Both the position numbers and the translations under genes were made by a program. DNA of 62,759 nucleotides, the filler included, from Collodictyon triciliatum (taxonomy: Eukaryota), in assembly GCA_043381765.1 (NCBI GenBank). It is 11 parts of 11 records of this genome, joined end to end, with 100 filler letters (N's around TTAATTAATTAA, not from the genome) between each part and the next. Parts side by side here need not be neighbours in the genome. Positions count along the whole stretch, not along the records: positions 51,439 to 57,048 come from JBHJMP010005078.1; positions 57,149 to 62,759 come from JBHJMP010005079.1; 9 more parts are not named here. One strand, written 5' to 3'. The first letter of the stretch is position 1. Each line of letters opens with the position of its first letter. The notes beneath the pieces were generated by a model. It saw only the letters and a list, made by a program, of their open reading frames with translations, did no database searches and was not told the origin of the DNA. Positions 51,566 through 62,759 of this stretch are shown here, in pieces.

Positions 51566-54537
51566 GATAACCAAAATGAAGTCGGAAACACAAGATTCGC
51601 TCGCCTTGTAGCCGAAAGCAGTAAGGAACGAACAGAAGACGTGAGTATAATGCTCTCTTTAAAGTGGGATGCAAGTTTGATTGCCGCAGTTCCAGAATTA
51701 CAGAGTTGACAAATATACATATAGGACATTCTTTTTGAATGCTGCGACATGTTGATGGATATATGGAACGAAGTGAGATATTATACCGTTCCATATTTTT
51801 TCTATGGTTTTTTAACTAGGCCTATGTTGGGTGTTCAATCTATTATCCATTTGAAGTTTAACTATACATTCTATTCATACTCTCTGTTCACCAGGCTTTC
51901 CCCCTTTTCTCTTCTATCTTCTAACCCTCCAATTTGTGTACAGCTTCCATATGAAGCCATGAAGCAAAGCGCACCAAGTTACTGGGTTCAGTTTTGGAAA
52001 CCAATTGAAAGTGACGAGTATGAAATGCAGGATGTGGTCAACCTTTGCTCCGAGATTGAAGCCCAGCTGGTCACGAATGTTCTCAAGTATAGAGCCTCCT
52101 CCATTTTTCCTTCTTTCCTTATTATATTTTGTTGCAAATATTACTGTATGAATTGTCAGATTTATCTTTGTGGATATGATACCTCTTGGCTTTTAAATAA
52201 TAATTACTATCAATTTTTTTATTTGTAGGACAACATGGCATGGAAGCGAGCTTCAGAAGCTGTGGATAGCGATGCTCAAAGGTTTAATGTCTCCATTCAT
52301 CCTGGAGGCACTCGGAACGATGCTCCGATACGATGCAATCTGTTGGGACTCTGTGTCTGCACTTCGCATGAAACTGAAAAAATCTCCACGTGCCCGCAAC
52401 CATGGAATATTTTCGGATTCAAAGAAACGCTCTTTGAGTGTGGCGTCTCCCATTCATTTAAAACTCCCTTTGACGCCACCCAAATTTTCAAAGGCTGCAA
52501 AAATATCGTCAATGGAAAAAGTGGAGTCGAAGTCAGAATCAAAACAAGAATCAAAGCCAGAATCAAAACAAGAATCGAAACATGAATCCAAGCCAGAGTC
52601 CAAGTCAGAATCGATACAAGAATCAAAACAAGAATCCAAGCCAGAATCAAAACAAGAATCCAAACCAGAGTCCAAGACAGAATCCAAGACAGAATCTAAA
52701 CAAGAATCCGAGCTAGAATCTAAATTGGAGTCCAAAATAGAATCACGAAAATCGAAGGCTTCCCGCAGAATTCTCACATCTGCAGACGAAGTCGATACAA
52801 TCCAGAGCTCAATAGAGAGCCAACCAGAAATACCATTACCCCCTTCAGACATCACACTCACAGTCCCCGTGGCACTTCCAAAAGTCTCTGCTATTCCAGA
52901 GGCTGACCAGAGCCTCACGTCCGACCCGGACCCGACATCAGTGCTTCTTGAGATTGAAGATAACTCCGACTACATGTTTCAAGAAGAGCCGACTGGATCT
53001 GCAAAGGTTGAGAAGCTTCAACCGAGAGCGGAGGCAGCACCCAGAAGAGGGAACCCACCAGTTGAAGTCGATAGGAAGCTAGTTTCAGAATATGTGGATA
53101 AATTGAAGGCTGGTGTGATTTACAAACAGGAGAGGAATGTCACTCGCGTTCCATATTTGACAAATAAAGTAATTTGGAAAGGTGTAAGAGCAACAAGTCC
53201 TGGTTATGATTCCATCGTAAGTATGCACAAATTTTTAATGTTGGTGTTCCTTCGTATTCATGAGTTCATATGAAATTGACGAAAGGCCTACAGCTTTTGA
53301 TTTTTTGATTGACTTGTTCTGCGCTGCCTTTTGTGAAAAAAATTTAGTTATTATTTCCAGTATTTTGGCAACTTTTACTGTTTTTGTTTTCTTATTGGTT
53401 CCAAAGTATTGACAGCAACTATTTACCTGTTTACTCACTCAGATTCACATAAACGGTGTGAATCTTCTTTTGGGCACTTATGAGTACCCAAAGATTGCTG
53501 GGTTAGTGCGTGATGCGCTCTCGTATTACTTAATTCCGACCTTCGATGAATTCAACTTTGGCCCGCCCGTCCTTCCATTTCGTCTTCCTCTTCAGTGCCA
53601 ATACTTTGTCGATAAGGCCCACGAAGTCATCCGTCGGTCCATTTCAAAATATGAAGTAGGTTGAACAGTTCGACCGTATTATTTCGAAAACGATGCACAC
53701 ATGAGCTATTATTTTTCGCGTTACTTTTTCTAATCTTTAGAATTTATTATTTTGCCGAAGAACCGCGAAATAGATGATTTGCCGCAGACTATTGCCGTAG
53801 GAATTTCCGACATATTTGTAAATCTCGGAGCAGGGCCTGAGATTATTTATGATACTGGCCCGGTAAAGCGCACATCATATCATATCATATCATATCATAT
53901 CATATCATATCATATCATATCATATCATATCATATCATATCATATCATATCATATCATATCATATCATATCATCATATCGCATAGAAAACACCACCTCCT
54001 ATGAAGGAATCCAGTGCCACCGAAAGATCGCCCAAAAAACCGACTCCAACGCAGTCAACAATAGAAGCAACTGTTGAAGAATCTACTCCCCGAAGCAATT
54101 CGCCCTTACCTCCACTAGTACAACCGATGCCCGCTATTCGTCTTCAGCCGCGTCCCAGAGCACCAATCGAATTGCAGGAGATTCCACCTCACATTGTTAC
54201 CTATCTGGGGCCAGAAGAGCTTGAGCTGGACTCTGACAACGCACACACCGGGCCAATTTTGAACGGAAAGCGACCATTTGTGGGTGTGTTTGAATGGTCA
54301 TCCCCACCTACAGACGAAGGACGCTATTACGTTAAGCTCACGTTGGCAGAGCACGAAGGATTCTACCTTGGCTCTTATCCAATCCCACAGGTTGCGTCTC
54401 GAGTCTATGATGCCACTGTCTTTTTGGCCAATCTCCCAGTTCTCCTCAACTATCCTGTTGTGCTGCCTTTTGTTCTTCCTCTTTCGGCTAGGCATCACAT
54501 GGAGAAGTTTTTCGGCATTAGCGATGTATCAAACTGA
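51566..54537 (+). CDS. 3' part of a multi-exon nuclear protein: WHIM/WSD-like helical segment, ESK[PQT] repeat, two AP2/ERF-like domains
   Basis: Spliced LCSEIEAQLVTNVLK|TTW...LWIAMLK...LRYDAICWDS. AP2-like 1: WKGV..GYDSI|IHINGVNLLLGTYEYPKIAGLVRDA..FNF. AP2-like 2: FVGV..GRYYVKL..FYLGSYPIPQVASRVYDA..LNYP. Confidence 0.7.
52525..52745 (+). repeat. 12-bp coding repeat (ESKQ/ESKP/ESKT)
   Basis: GAATCAAAACAA/GAATCCAAGCCA units within ORF 52272-53273. Confidence 0.9.
53871..53978 (+). repeat. (CATAT)n pentamer making up most of an intron
   Basis: Lies between donor gtaaag (~53863) and acceptor catag (53985). Confidence 0.9.
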
Positions 54538-56992
54538 AGCAAGAAATAAAATCCTCGCAAGAATATCAATAACCAAAGCTCTTTCGTTAATTGGAGGCCT
54601 ATTGTGGGAAAGTAGACTCAAATTGGCGAAAGAGCTCCATCCTTTTTCGGATTTATCGTCGCATTTTTTTTTCTGAAAAGTCAATTTGATTATCAGACTT
54701 TTTTTCATCTTTTAATTCGGATGCCGTTTCGTGTCAGCTCTGTTCGTGCGTCTTGGCAAATCGCAAATTGTTCGGATTTCCTGTTCATAGACATTGCGAA
54801 ACATCTATTTTTTGAAGAGACCATGCCTGGAGAAAATCTGTTTTTGCATACCTTTGCACTCTCACGTTTTGATTTACTCTTTCGGGTATTTCTCTTTATT
54901 TTTTCTTTGTGTGACTCTAAACCCACCCATTCGTTTTAAGAGAGTTTATTCTGGCATTATGGCCGTCTACAGCATCGACCAACGCCAAAATAGGTTGCAG
55001 ACAGGACTCAGATGAACTGTCTGGAATATTTAGAATTGCTGGCTACATATTCCTTTCTTCGCCACACCGCCGTAGAGCCTAATATTCCCCAGAACGGATA
55101 CTGTATAATTTCGGTACTGCAGCGCCGTAGTTTTTTCTCTTGTTTCTCTTGCACTGACGTGTGATAATTCCCCTTCAAACGAAACCATGATGAGGGCTCC
55201 TTTGCCACCGAGCCCAATCAACTCAATCAAGTATACTATTATTTACTTCTTAATGGTCTTTTTGGTTCGCTAAGCTTGTCAGGAAAATATACTGTAAGAG
55301 TTTCTAGAGTTTTTTTATACTGCGAATGCTGAAGACCAATTTCGCTAAAGAAGCTGAAATAAACTTGCAAACTGAATATGCGCATTGAGCTGGCTCATCC
55401 ACGAGACCCGCGTGAAATTTTCAGTTATGGACTCGCCCGTCACATAAGGAGATGGTCTGTTTGAACCCTTGAAAATGCGTTCCTTGAACATCATCAATTC
55501 ATTTTCTTGCAAACAAAGAGCAAATAATTGCCCAAAAAACAATGAGGAAAAAGCAATCGCATCAAAATCATCTGCTTTCACTTCCCTGTAGCAAATCCTA
55601 TCATGCTATCGATGAAAGAAAAGAAGCAAAAACAAAGGAAGAGGGGAATCTAGTTTTCCGTCAACGGAATACAAAAGCAGTCAGACCACGCATTTTTTCT
55701 TCCAGAGCCTGCCAGAGTTTCCAGCATTTTGTCCTGAGCTCTTATCCACGAAAACTTTTTTTTTTTGTATTTTCTCATCATGACACAACTCCATTCAAAA
55801 CCTCATGTATAAATTTATTTTGGCGCAAACAGAATGAAGCACCGATGAGAGGCTGGGATTAAACGCATAATAATCGAATCGGTTAAATCAGCTTTAGCCT
55901 GTGTCAACGCAAACAAAAATCCGCACGCATCGCCACTAACACCCTCTCTTAGAACCTTATCACAATATTACTCCACTGCCCTGAAAATCGCTACCGACAC
56001 TGAAGAATATGCCTCGCGATTCCTATGGGTTTGTGTGAGAGCGCTATGGAAAGATATACAATCGGAATGCTGTGTGGTACACGCACGGAAGGTCATCCTC
56101 GCACCGCAAATAACACCGCCACCATAACAGCAATAGAATCAGGTAACTTCTGGGATTAACCTCCAGAGGAACTTTGAGCTACTTCTAGTCGATGAGTAAG
56201 GTTGATGACGAGAGAGGGACGCAGCGACGACCAAGAAGCAAATACAAGTTGACTTTATCGATGTTTGTTCCGTCGGGAATCGCTTATTAACTGATAGAGT
56301 GATAGTTTCAAGGCCTAACCTCCCATCACTGATTCGATTTTAGTTTTAGGTCACACATGAGACTGCTTATTTCTTCTCGACGATTCACAGCACCCTTCCA
56401 CAGCTCTTCACTAAAAGAAGCCCTGGCTTGAACTGTACCTCTTTATTCTATGATTCATCAGTACATCGCGCGCCAGTGAGCTGCCGATGGTAACCAGAAT
56501 GACAACTTTTGGTGACTGCTCAAAAATCGCACCGAAACCGTCCACATCATAAACGAAGAATAAAAATAATCCAAGAACCATGCAGATACCGAGCCTGTTT
56601 CTGCATTGTTTCCTTTATTCTTTTTATCCGAAAAGTGGGAAGAAAGAGGCCACCAAAATGACATCCTTCATACATCAATCTTTTTGAAATAGGATGGATA
56701 TGGCAAAGCCTGCGATGAGGATAAACTTTATCCATGGGTTTTCATTCATGATGATGGTTATCTGTGTGGCGAAGAAAGAAAAATTGAACGTGAGATGGCT
56801 TCAACGATTTACATATTACTTAATGAATAGCAGCGCAAACCATTCCGACCGAGGGTATGAATCTAAGGTGGAGAAAAGTAGGAGGGGAGATATTAGCAAG
56901 GGAGTATGTACGCAGGTATGTCTTAATTTTTCGTTTTGGGTATTGTGGCACAGTGCGTTTGTCTCAACTCAATGGGCGGATAATCAAAATAA

Positions 56993-57048
<56 letters not shown>

Positions 57049-57148
57049 NNNNNNNNNNNNNNNNNNNNNNNNNNNNNNNNNNNNNNNNNNNNTTAATTAA
57101 TTAANNNNNNNNNNNNNNNNNNNNNNNNNNNNNNNNNNNNNNNNNNNN

Positions 57149-58300
57149 CGAGAATTATGCAGCGGCCAGGAATAATCTCTCTGAAGCGAGGATTGAGTTT
57201 GGCTATCCATTTCTTGCACAAAATCGCTACACCTGCATGTCTGTTGATTATCGTCACAGGACCACATTTGTGGACGTTTCCATAAGTCATCGTTGGTTAG
57301 ATTGTCAGGGCTGAGCCATGTTTCTTGGAGGCAGACGATATCTGCGTGAGAGAAAAGAGCAGTATTTAGGGCCTCTTTTCTTTTTTGGGGGTCGTTAATC
57401 CCCCTAACGTTCCACGACAGAACGTTAAAACGCATTGAATAATCTATTGGCTTTTGGAGGCCGTAGCCTCCGGTGATTGGCCCTTTCTGCTGGATTTGGG
57501 TTGCTGAGAGTGGGATGGTTTACTCGAGTAATCCTTCATTTGGCCGGTGTTATGATTGCTCGCGGTTCGGCCAGGATTTGCCGTATGGTCTTGGACTTTG
57601 GGCTGCAACCCTTTTGTAGCTGGTGTGTTGGGTATTCACTCTGTTGGTTATTAGCAACCCTTGGTTCCAATTTTTTCCCTCATCCACGCGGTAGACAAGG
57701 CCACCCATGTTTCCACTTTCATTCTGGCTTGCTCTGTCTGGCTCGCTATATTCGGTGGTGTACTTGACTGATTCATTCTCTTTTCATCGGGAGAGGCTTT
57801 ATCTTCGGCGGTTTCGGTCTTTTTTTGGTGCGCCAGTGATTGCAGGATGAGTAACCGGTGTTTTATATTCGTCTACGTTTCTTTTTCTTGGATAGGAAGG
57901 GTTTCTCGCTGGGGAGTCGCAGGAATTTCGACAGTCGGTTTGTTTTCATAAACAAAAATTGAGGAGTAATTTGTCATTCCCGAAGCTTCAAGGTGCTCAC
58001 TTTCTTCTTCAGCAGAATCTTCTATGATGACGACAGGTCGGATGGACTGTTGTTAATCCAATCCCGAGTCTGGGACGTCGCTTCTTATGGATTACGCAGT
58101 ACTTGCTGAAGAAAGAGTCTCTTGGGTGGTTCCAGGAGCCATGCCCTCTAAGGAGGCAGGCGGGTGTGGTTTCATTGTCCTTTGTTATTTTGGCTTGTGA
58201 TCCAACACTGTGTGGTATTTTCTGCGTGATAGTTCGCACATACTCAAGGTTGCTGGCACCAGCAAGATATATCAACGACATCAGAAAAAAACATGTTATG
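57149..58300 (-). mobile_element. Decayed non-LTR (L1/Tx1-like) retrotransposon: 5' end of the ORF2 APE endonuclease and a probable ORF1 remnant; upstream limit uncertain
   Basis: 57435 MRFNVLSWNVRGIN...ADIVCLQETW. The following GVAIL and GRCIIL motifs lie in another frame (frameshift ~57250). An upstream frame ends in TAG a few nt before the ATG, as expected for ORF1. Confidence 0.8.
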
Positions 58301-58839
58301 TACAAGAAAACTCATATGTCAAGTAGTTCTGTTCTATTGCATTTTTTGTTTTTGTTATTCGTATCTTTCAATTGTTTAGCTATGAAACATAGTTTGTCAA
58401 TTTGTATGCTTTTGTAACGATGGGTATCGTTCCTTTCATTCCTGCTTGTATGTTGTAAAACCACTGTTGTTGGGAATGAAGGGATCCATCTGACAAGACA
58501 TAAAGGTATCGCGTATATTATTATTGTTACGCCCTTCTCAATCGCCAATCACCAGCAGGGAAGAGCTCCTCATATCTCCAAAAATAAAAAGGGATAAGAA
58601 TTAAGACAACTTGGCCTGACCTAAGAGCTGCTGTACATAGACTTTCCGTTTTGTGTAAACACCCTGAGCTAGTATCATGAAACAACACCCTTTTCAAACG
58701 TGCGCGCAGACCAAATTACGATTTATGTCAGATTTTGTGCGCCATTCTGGAATTCCAAAGAAAATGTCCAAGCTGTGGCTTCTCTTTATATTTTCCATGG
58801 ATGGGTCATCCAGCTCGCCTTAGAAGGGTCAGTATTGCC

Positions 58840-60228
58840 TTATGCATGCTGGAAAGGCGGATACTCTTGCACGCCATCGATGTAGGTTGCTGTGACAGTG
58901 TTGTGATGGTGTTATGGTTGGTGTGAAGAAGCAGGTGATTTGGGCAAGGCCAGTGAGCGAATTGATTTCATTTAACAATATGTATTCATGCAAGTTTGCA
59001 TTCTCACCCAGAACTCGAGTCTCCAGAATCTTTCGAGGGTCCTCAACTCGGATAATGTCGGTATCAAGAATCTGGAAATGCACGAATTCTGTTGTCATGT
59101 CCATATCGTTCATTATGTGGATTATGGCACCAGTCTTCTGGTTTTCGCTCCTAGTAAAATAAATTCTTACCAGAAAATCAGCCCTCTTCCCTGCTGTAAT
59201 ACTACCGAGCTCATTTTCCTATTAAGCAAAGTATAAGCCACATCAACCAGCCAGGGGGGTGGAAAGTCCAATACGTATCAATTGTGTGTCGAGCAAATCC
59301 TCATATGCACCAAGAAATAGCTGGCAAGGAAAAAATAAGTATTTTACCTCAAATGAAGCATAAGCAGCATCCAGCGTGAATGCCTTCAAAGCTTCCTCTC
59401 TGGTAAGAATTTGCTCCGGATACCATCCGCCTGGAGGTGATGCATCGAGAGGGTCTTGCCTAGTGACAGCAGAATATATTCCGATCTGAATAGGAGAGAA
59501 GTTGTTATAAAAATAATTTCATTTGAGTTATGTGTGTGTTTTGGCTGTTTTTCAAAAGAGAAATGACGGTACATGTCTAGAGGAATATTTTAGTTTCATA
59601 CACGTGGTGAATATTCTTAAGGTAACATAAAAAAAATCAAATTAATGCATGGCATATCCAAATTTTGCAAGCAATAGGAGAAAGAAGGAATTATTTATTG
59701 TCTGGGGAAATCCAATAAAAAAAAAAATACCATAGGATTGACTGGTTCAATTGGAAAATCAGAGCTGAATGTCAGGTGGACGCCATAATCCAAGAATGTT
59801 CTCCAAGCATAGGCCCCGAGAATTCGGACAGGTCCAAGGCGCTCTTCTGCATACAGCTTATCGCTAGGAGGAATGTGCATATGGGTTTTCGTCATGAGAG
59901 CTTAAAATAAATCGACTAATAAAATGATTCTGACAAGCAATTTACAAAGTTTAATCCACATGTATGCCCGTTTAATATCAAGAAATCTTCGCAAATTACC
60001 TTGTGGCATGAGTGGGTTGCATAGATGCTATAACATTCATGTCTCTGAAGCGACGGAAATCTGTCTCATTCACGATCTAGAAGGGTTTGTGAGTTTTGTT
60101 CGGGAACTGTGAGTGTGTGCAATATACCGCCTCCATTTAGCTTATGATTGAAAATGAATGACTGGACAAATGTAATACTTGTGCATGTTCAATTCGATAT
60201 CGCATGTGCCTTTTGTCATTCATGATTT
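58840..60228 (-). CDS. Amidohydrolase_3 (YtcJ/LAF3-like) metal-dependent hydrolase, 3' half, spliced
   Basis: Exons RYRIEHAQ | IASMQPTHAT | DKLYAEERLG..GAYAWR..FSSDFPIEPVNP | GIYSAVTR..GGWYPEQILTREEALKAFTLDAAYASFE | ENELGSITAGKRADF | ILDTDI..ILETRVL | ATYIDG...*. Confidence 0.92.
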
Positions 60229-60370
60229 CTAATGAAATTAAATCGATTTTTTTTATAATAAATCATAGTTGGTTCAACAAATGGAACCAACTTGTTTGAG
60301 CTTACGGAGAGCAACAATGATAATGATAATGATAATGATAATGATAATGATAATGATAATGATAATGACA

Positions 60371-60440
60371 NNNNNNNNNNNNNNNNNNNNNNNNNNNNNN
60401 NNNNNNNNNNNNNNNNNNNNNNNNNNNNNNNNNNNNNNNN
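60371..60440. other. Internal scaffold gap (70 N, no linker) inside a (GATAAT)n tract
   Basis: N run flanked on both sides by the same microsatellite. Confidence 0.95.
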
Positions 60441-60492
60441 TAATGATAATGATAATGATAATGATAATGATAATGATAATGATAATACATAC

Positions 60493-62600
60493 CCGTAGAA
60501 CTTTTTGATATTCAGTGTATCTATTGGCAGACTCGGTGCAGACCTCTAAGGAAGTATTAAGATTATTGAGATAATCTAACACTGCCTCTGAATTGGATTC
60601 TGGGTCAGAGATTCGAGAGTCCTGAGCTTCACTACGAAGAATGAATATTTCATCCCTAAGTTTCTGGATCTGTTTATCAAGTTCTGCACTATACTTGACG
60701 ATACCTGTAAGATATGAGGAATATTGGATTGTAATATAATTTTTTTTATTCTTCCTTTCAATTTTGCTTGGATTCTAATATAATAACATTTGACATCTGT
60801 CTCCAAATACTAATGTACTTTACTGGGTCATGCAAAATGTAGGTTAAATTCAAAAGGGTTTTTTCGATAGAGAAACTCTTACTATCCGGCATGTTTCCCT
60901 CTGAAAGAGCTATGGCAGCTTTTAAACGCGTTATTTGGGGACGGAGCATCTGGAATGAAGCCTTGTCTTCAGCAGGAACTGGGGTGCTATATTCATCCAT
61001 TAAGCTGTAATATGCAGCAACCTCTTCGTTCCTTTCGATTATTACTGGAATCCGTTCTGAAACATCTTGTAAGAAGCCTAAATAATCTACAAACGCTTCT
61101 ACCTGAAGAAGTTTGCGAAAATGGGATACTCATGGTGAGAATGGCACTGCCCTTTCTTTTTTTCTGTTTCTGTTTCTGTTTCTTTTTTTTCTGTTTGTGT
61201 TTCTGTTTGTGTTTCTGTTTGTGTTTCTGTTTGTGTTTCTGTTTGTGTTTCTGTTTGTGTTTCTGTTTGTGTTTCTGTTTGTGTTTCTGTTTGTGTTTCT
61301 GTTTGTGTTTGTGTTTCTGTTTCTGTTTTTGTTTGTGTTTGTTTTTTAATAGTAATATCAATAGTGCCAGTTTTCGGATATTGTTCTACAAAATTAAAAA
61401 GTACTGTTTTTGGCTTCGATGCCAGTTTGTCATTTGCTTTGTGAAGGTCATCAAGTAGTTTGTGACATTTTGCTGATGCTAAAATCGGCAAAAGTTCTTG
61501 AATCCCACGAATACAGCTATATGTTACGGTATAAGAAAATATTCGAATGAATTACGATAATTTCGAGGTAAATTGGAAATCTTTTAAATGAAATGGTGGT
61601 CCTTTCCTTTCCTTTTTAAAAATAATAAGTAAAATATTGTTCATAATAATTTTTACAATTCGGGTGATGGAGTGAATAATTCTTTAATATTTGAGCTCTC
61701 TACTCGAACAATTCCAATATCTCTAGATAAGACCAACCTAGAGGCGTTTAGTATGTTAGACATGAATATTTAAAAGAAAATCAAGAAATTGTGGCGCATG
61801 ACTGAATTTTTCCCTTTTATTCGATTCAAAGTTGCATGACTGAATAGTTAAAAATTGAATTAAATACTCGGAAATATTTTTTCTTTGCTCATGATAGCGG
61901 ATAAGGTCCTGACGAAAGTGCTCCAGAGCCCTTTGACCTTCCTCTGAATCTTTTTTCATCTTTTCGAAATCAATAAGGCTATTTTCTATGTATATATCTT
62001 TGAATGGATCAAATCCAGCTGCATATTGGAAACATCTTTCAAAAGCCTTTCCTAATCCAACCTTTTTTGTTTTTTATTTCATTAAGTTACAAAAAGGGAA
62101 TGAGTATTTGAATGGAGAAATGAAACTGCTGCAACCTTAATAAAAAAATAATGAGAATATGTATATCCTTGGAAAAAATATGCATTTAAGTTATAAAATA
62201 CTTTGATGTCGGATATCAACTTGTGGTATTGCTCGTCCTTCCAAATAATTTCGTGGACATTGGGTCCGTTGTAGACAATAATAGAGTCCATTCTATCATT
62301 CGAGTTGAATTGAAGATAGATTTTAAGCTCTTCCTGTTAAAAAAATAATATGAAAAAGGATTTTTCTAAAGAACATCATACAAGATTGGATTCGAGATAA
62401 ATATTTACTTAAAATAAAACTAACAAGCAATCCAACAGAAAATAATCAAACCTTCATCAGTAGCCTAGGTATGCATGTGGCCGATTCGACAAATTCATTC
62501 GTGACCAGATCTACTAGCCGAACAAAATCTTCTTCGCGAGGTGCAAACCCGATGGAGTCGCTGATGAGGATAACTTGTGCTCTTATCAGAGGGCAGAATC
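60493..62600 (-). CDS. Axonemal inner-arm dynein heavy chain (DNAH6-like), internal fragment of the N-terminal tail
   Basis: Exons LPILASAKCHKLLDDLHKANDKLASKPKT|VEAFVDYLGFL...YSLMDEYSTPVPAEDKASFQMLRP and ELDKQIQKLRDEI..EAQDSRISDP..VLDYL..ANRYTEYQKVL resemble the DNAH6 stem region as I recall it. Confidence 0.7.
61160..61345. repeat. (TGTTTC/TGTTTG)n hexamer repeat in a dynein intron
   Basis: Direct reading; lies between donor ACA|gtact (~61403) and acceptor cag|GTA (~61103) on the minus strand. Confidence 0.85.
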
Positions 62601-62711
62601 TAAATGACAATCGTTATCAACAAATAGCTATTGCAATGTATCTGAATCGCCACCATAATGAATACTCGTTTGTTTATTCACTTATTTTTTTGTTTTTTTT
62701 TGTTTTTTTTT

Positions 62712-62759
<48 letters not shown>

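Noticed and set aside
58829-59113. ORF1 of the L1-like element
   Set aside because: It contains the amidohydrolase exon ILDTDI..ILETRVL with proper splice sites.

Overview
Eukaryotic, AT-rich, intron-rich DNA (GT-AG introns, standard genetic code), most likely from a flagellated protist because PACRG and an inner-arm dynein heavy chain are present. The window is not one locus. It is 11 unrelated contigs of about 5.6 kb, joined by artificial 100-nt N-TTAATTAATTAA-N linkers, so gene neighbourhood across linkers means nothing. Contents in order: (1) DOCK-family GEF fragment. (2) A spliced adhesion-GPCR-like gene with FG-GAP-like repeats, a Ser/Arg/Gly stalk, a GPS motif with an intact HL|S site, and TM helices. 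(3) An unknown multi-exon gene and tRNA-Trp(CCA). (4) A contig made entirely of about 104 x 54-bp repeats, encoding an uninterrupted 18-aa YGHTDT-repeat protein. (5) PACRG and an ER-type DnaJ protein. (6) A dCache-type sensor, a C2H2 zinc-finger ORF and decayed sequence. (7) A TLC-domain protein. (8) Two intronless HMG-box genes. (9) An orphan multipass membrane protein and a kinase pseudogene. (10) A protein with a WHIM/WSD-like segment and two AP2-like domains. (11) A decayed L1-like element, a YtcJ-like amidohydrolase 3' half and a DNAH6-like fragment that look mis-joined at an internal gap. The best candidates for novelty are the TxT-repeat protein, the adhesion-GPCR-like receptor, the HMG-box pair and the WSD-AP2 protein. 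All family calls come from motif recognition by eye, not database searches.
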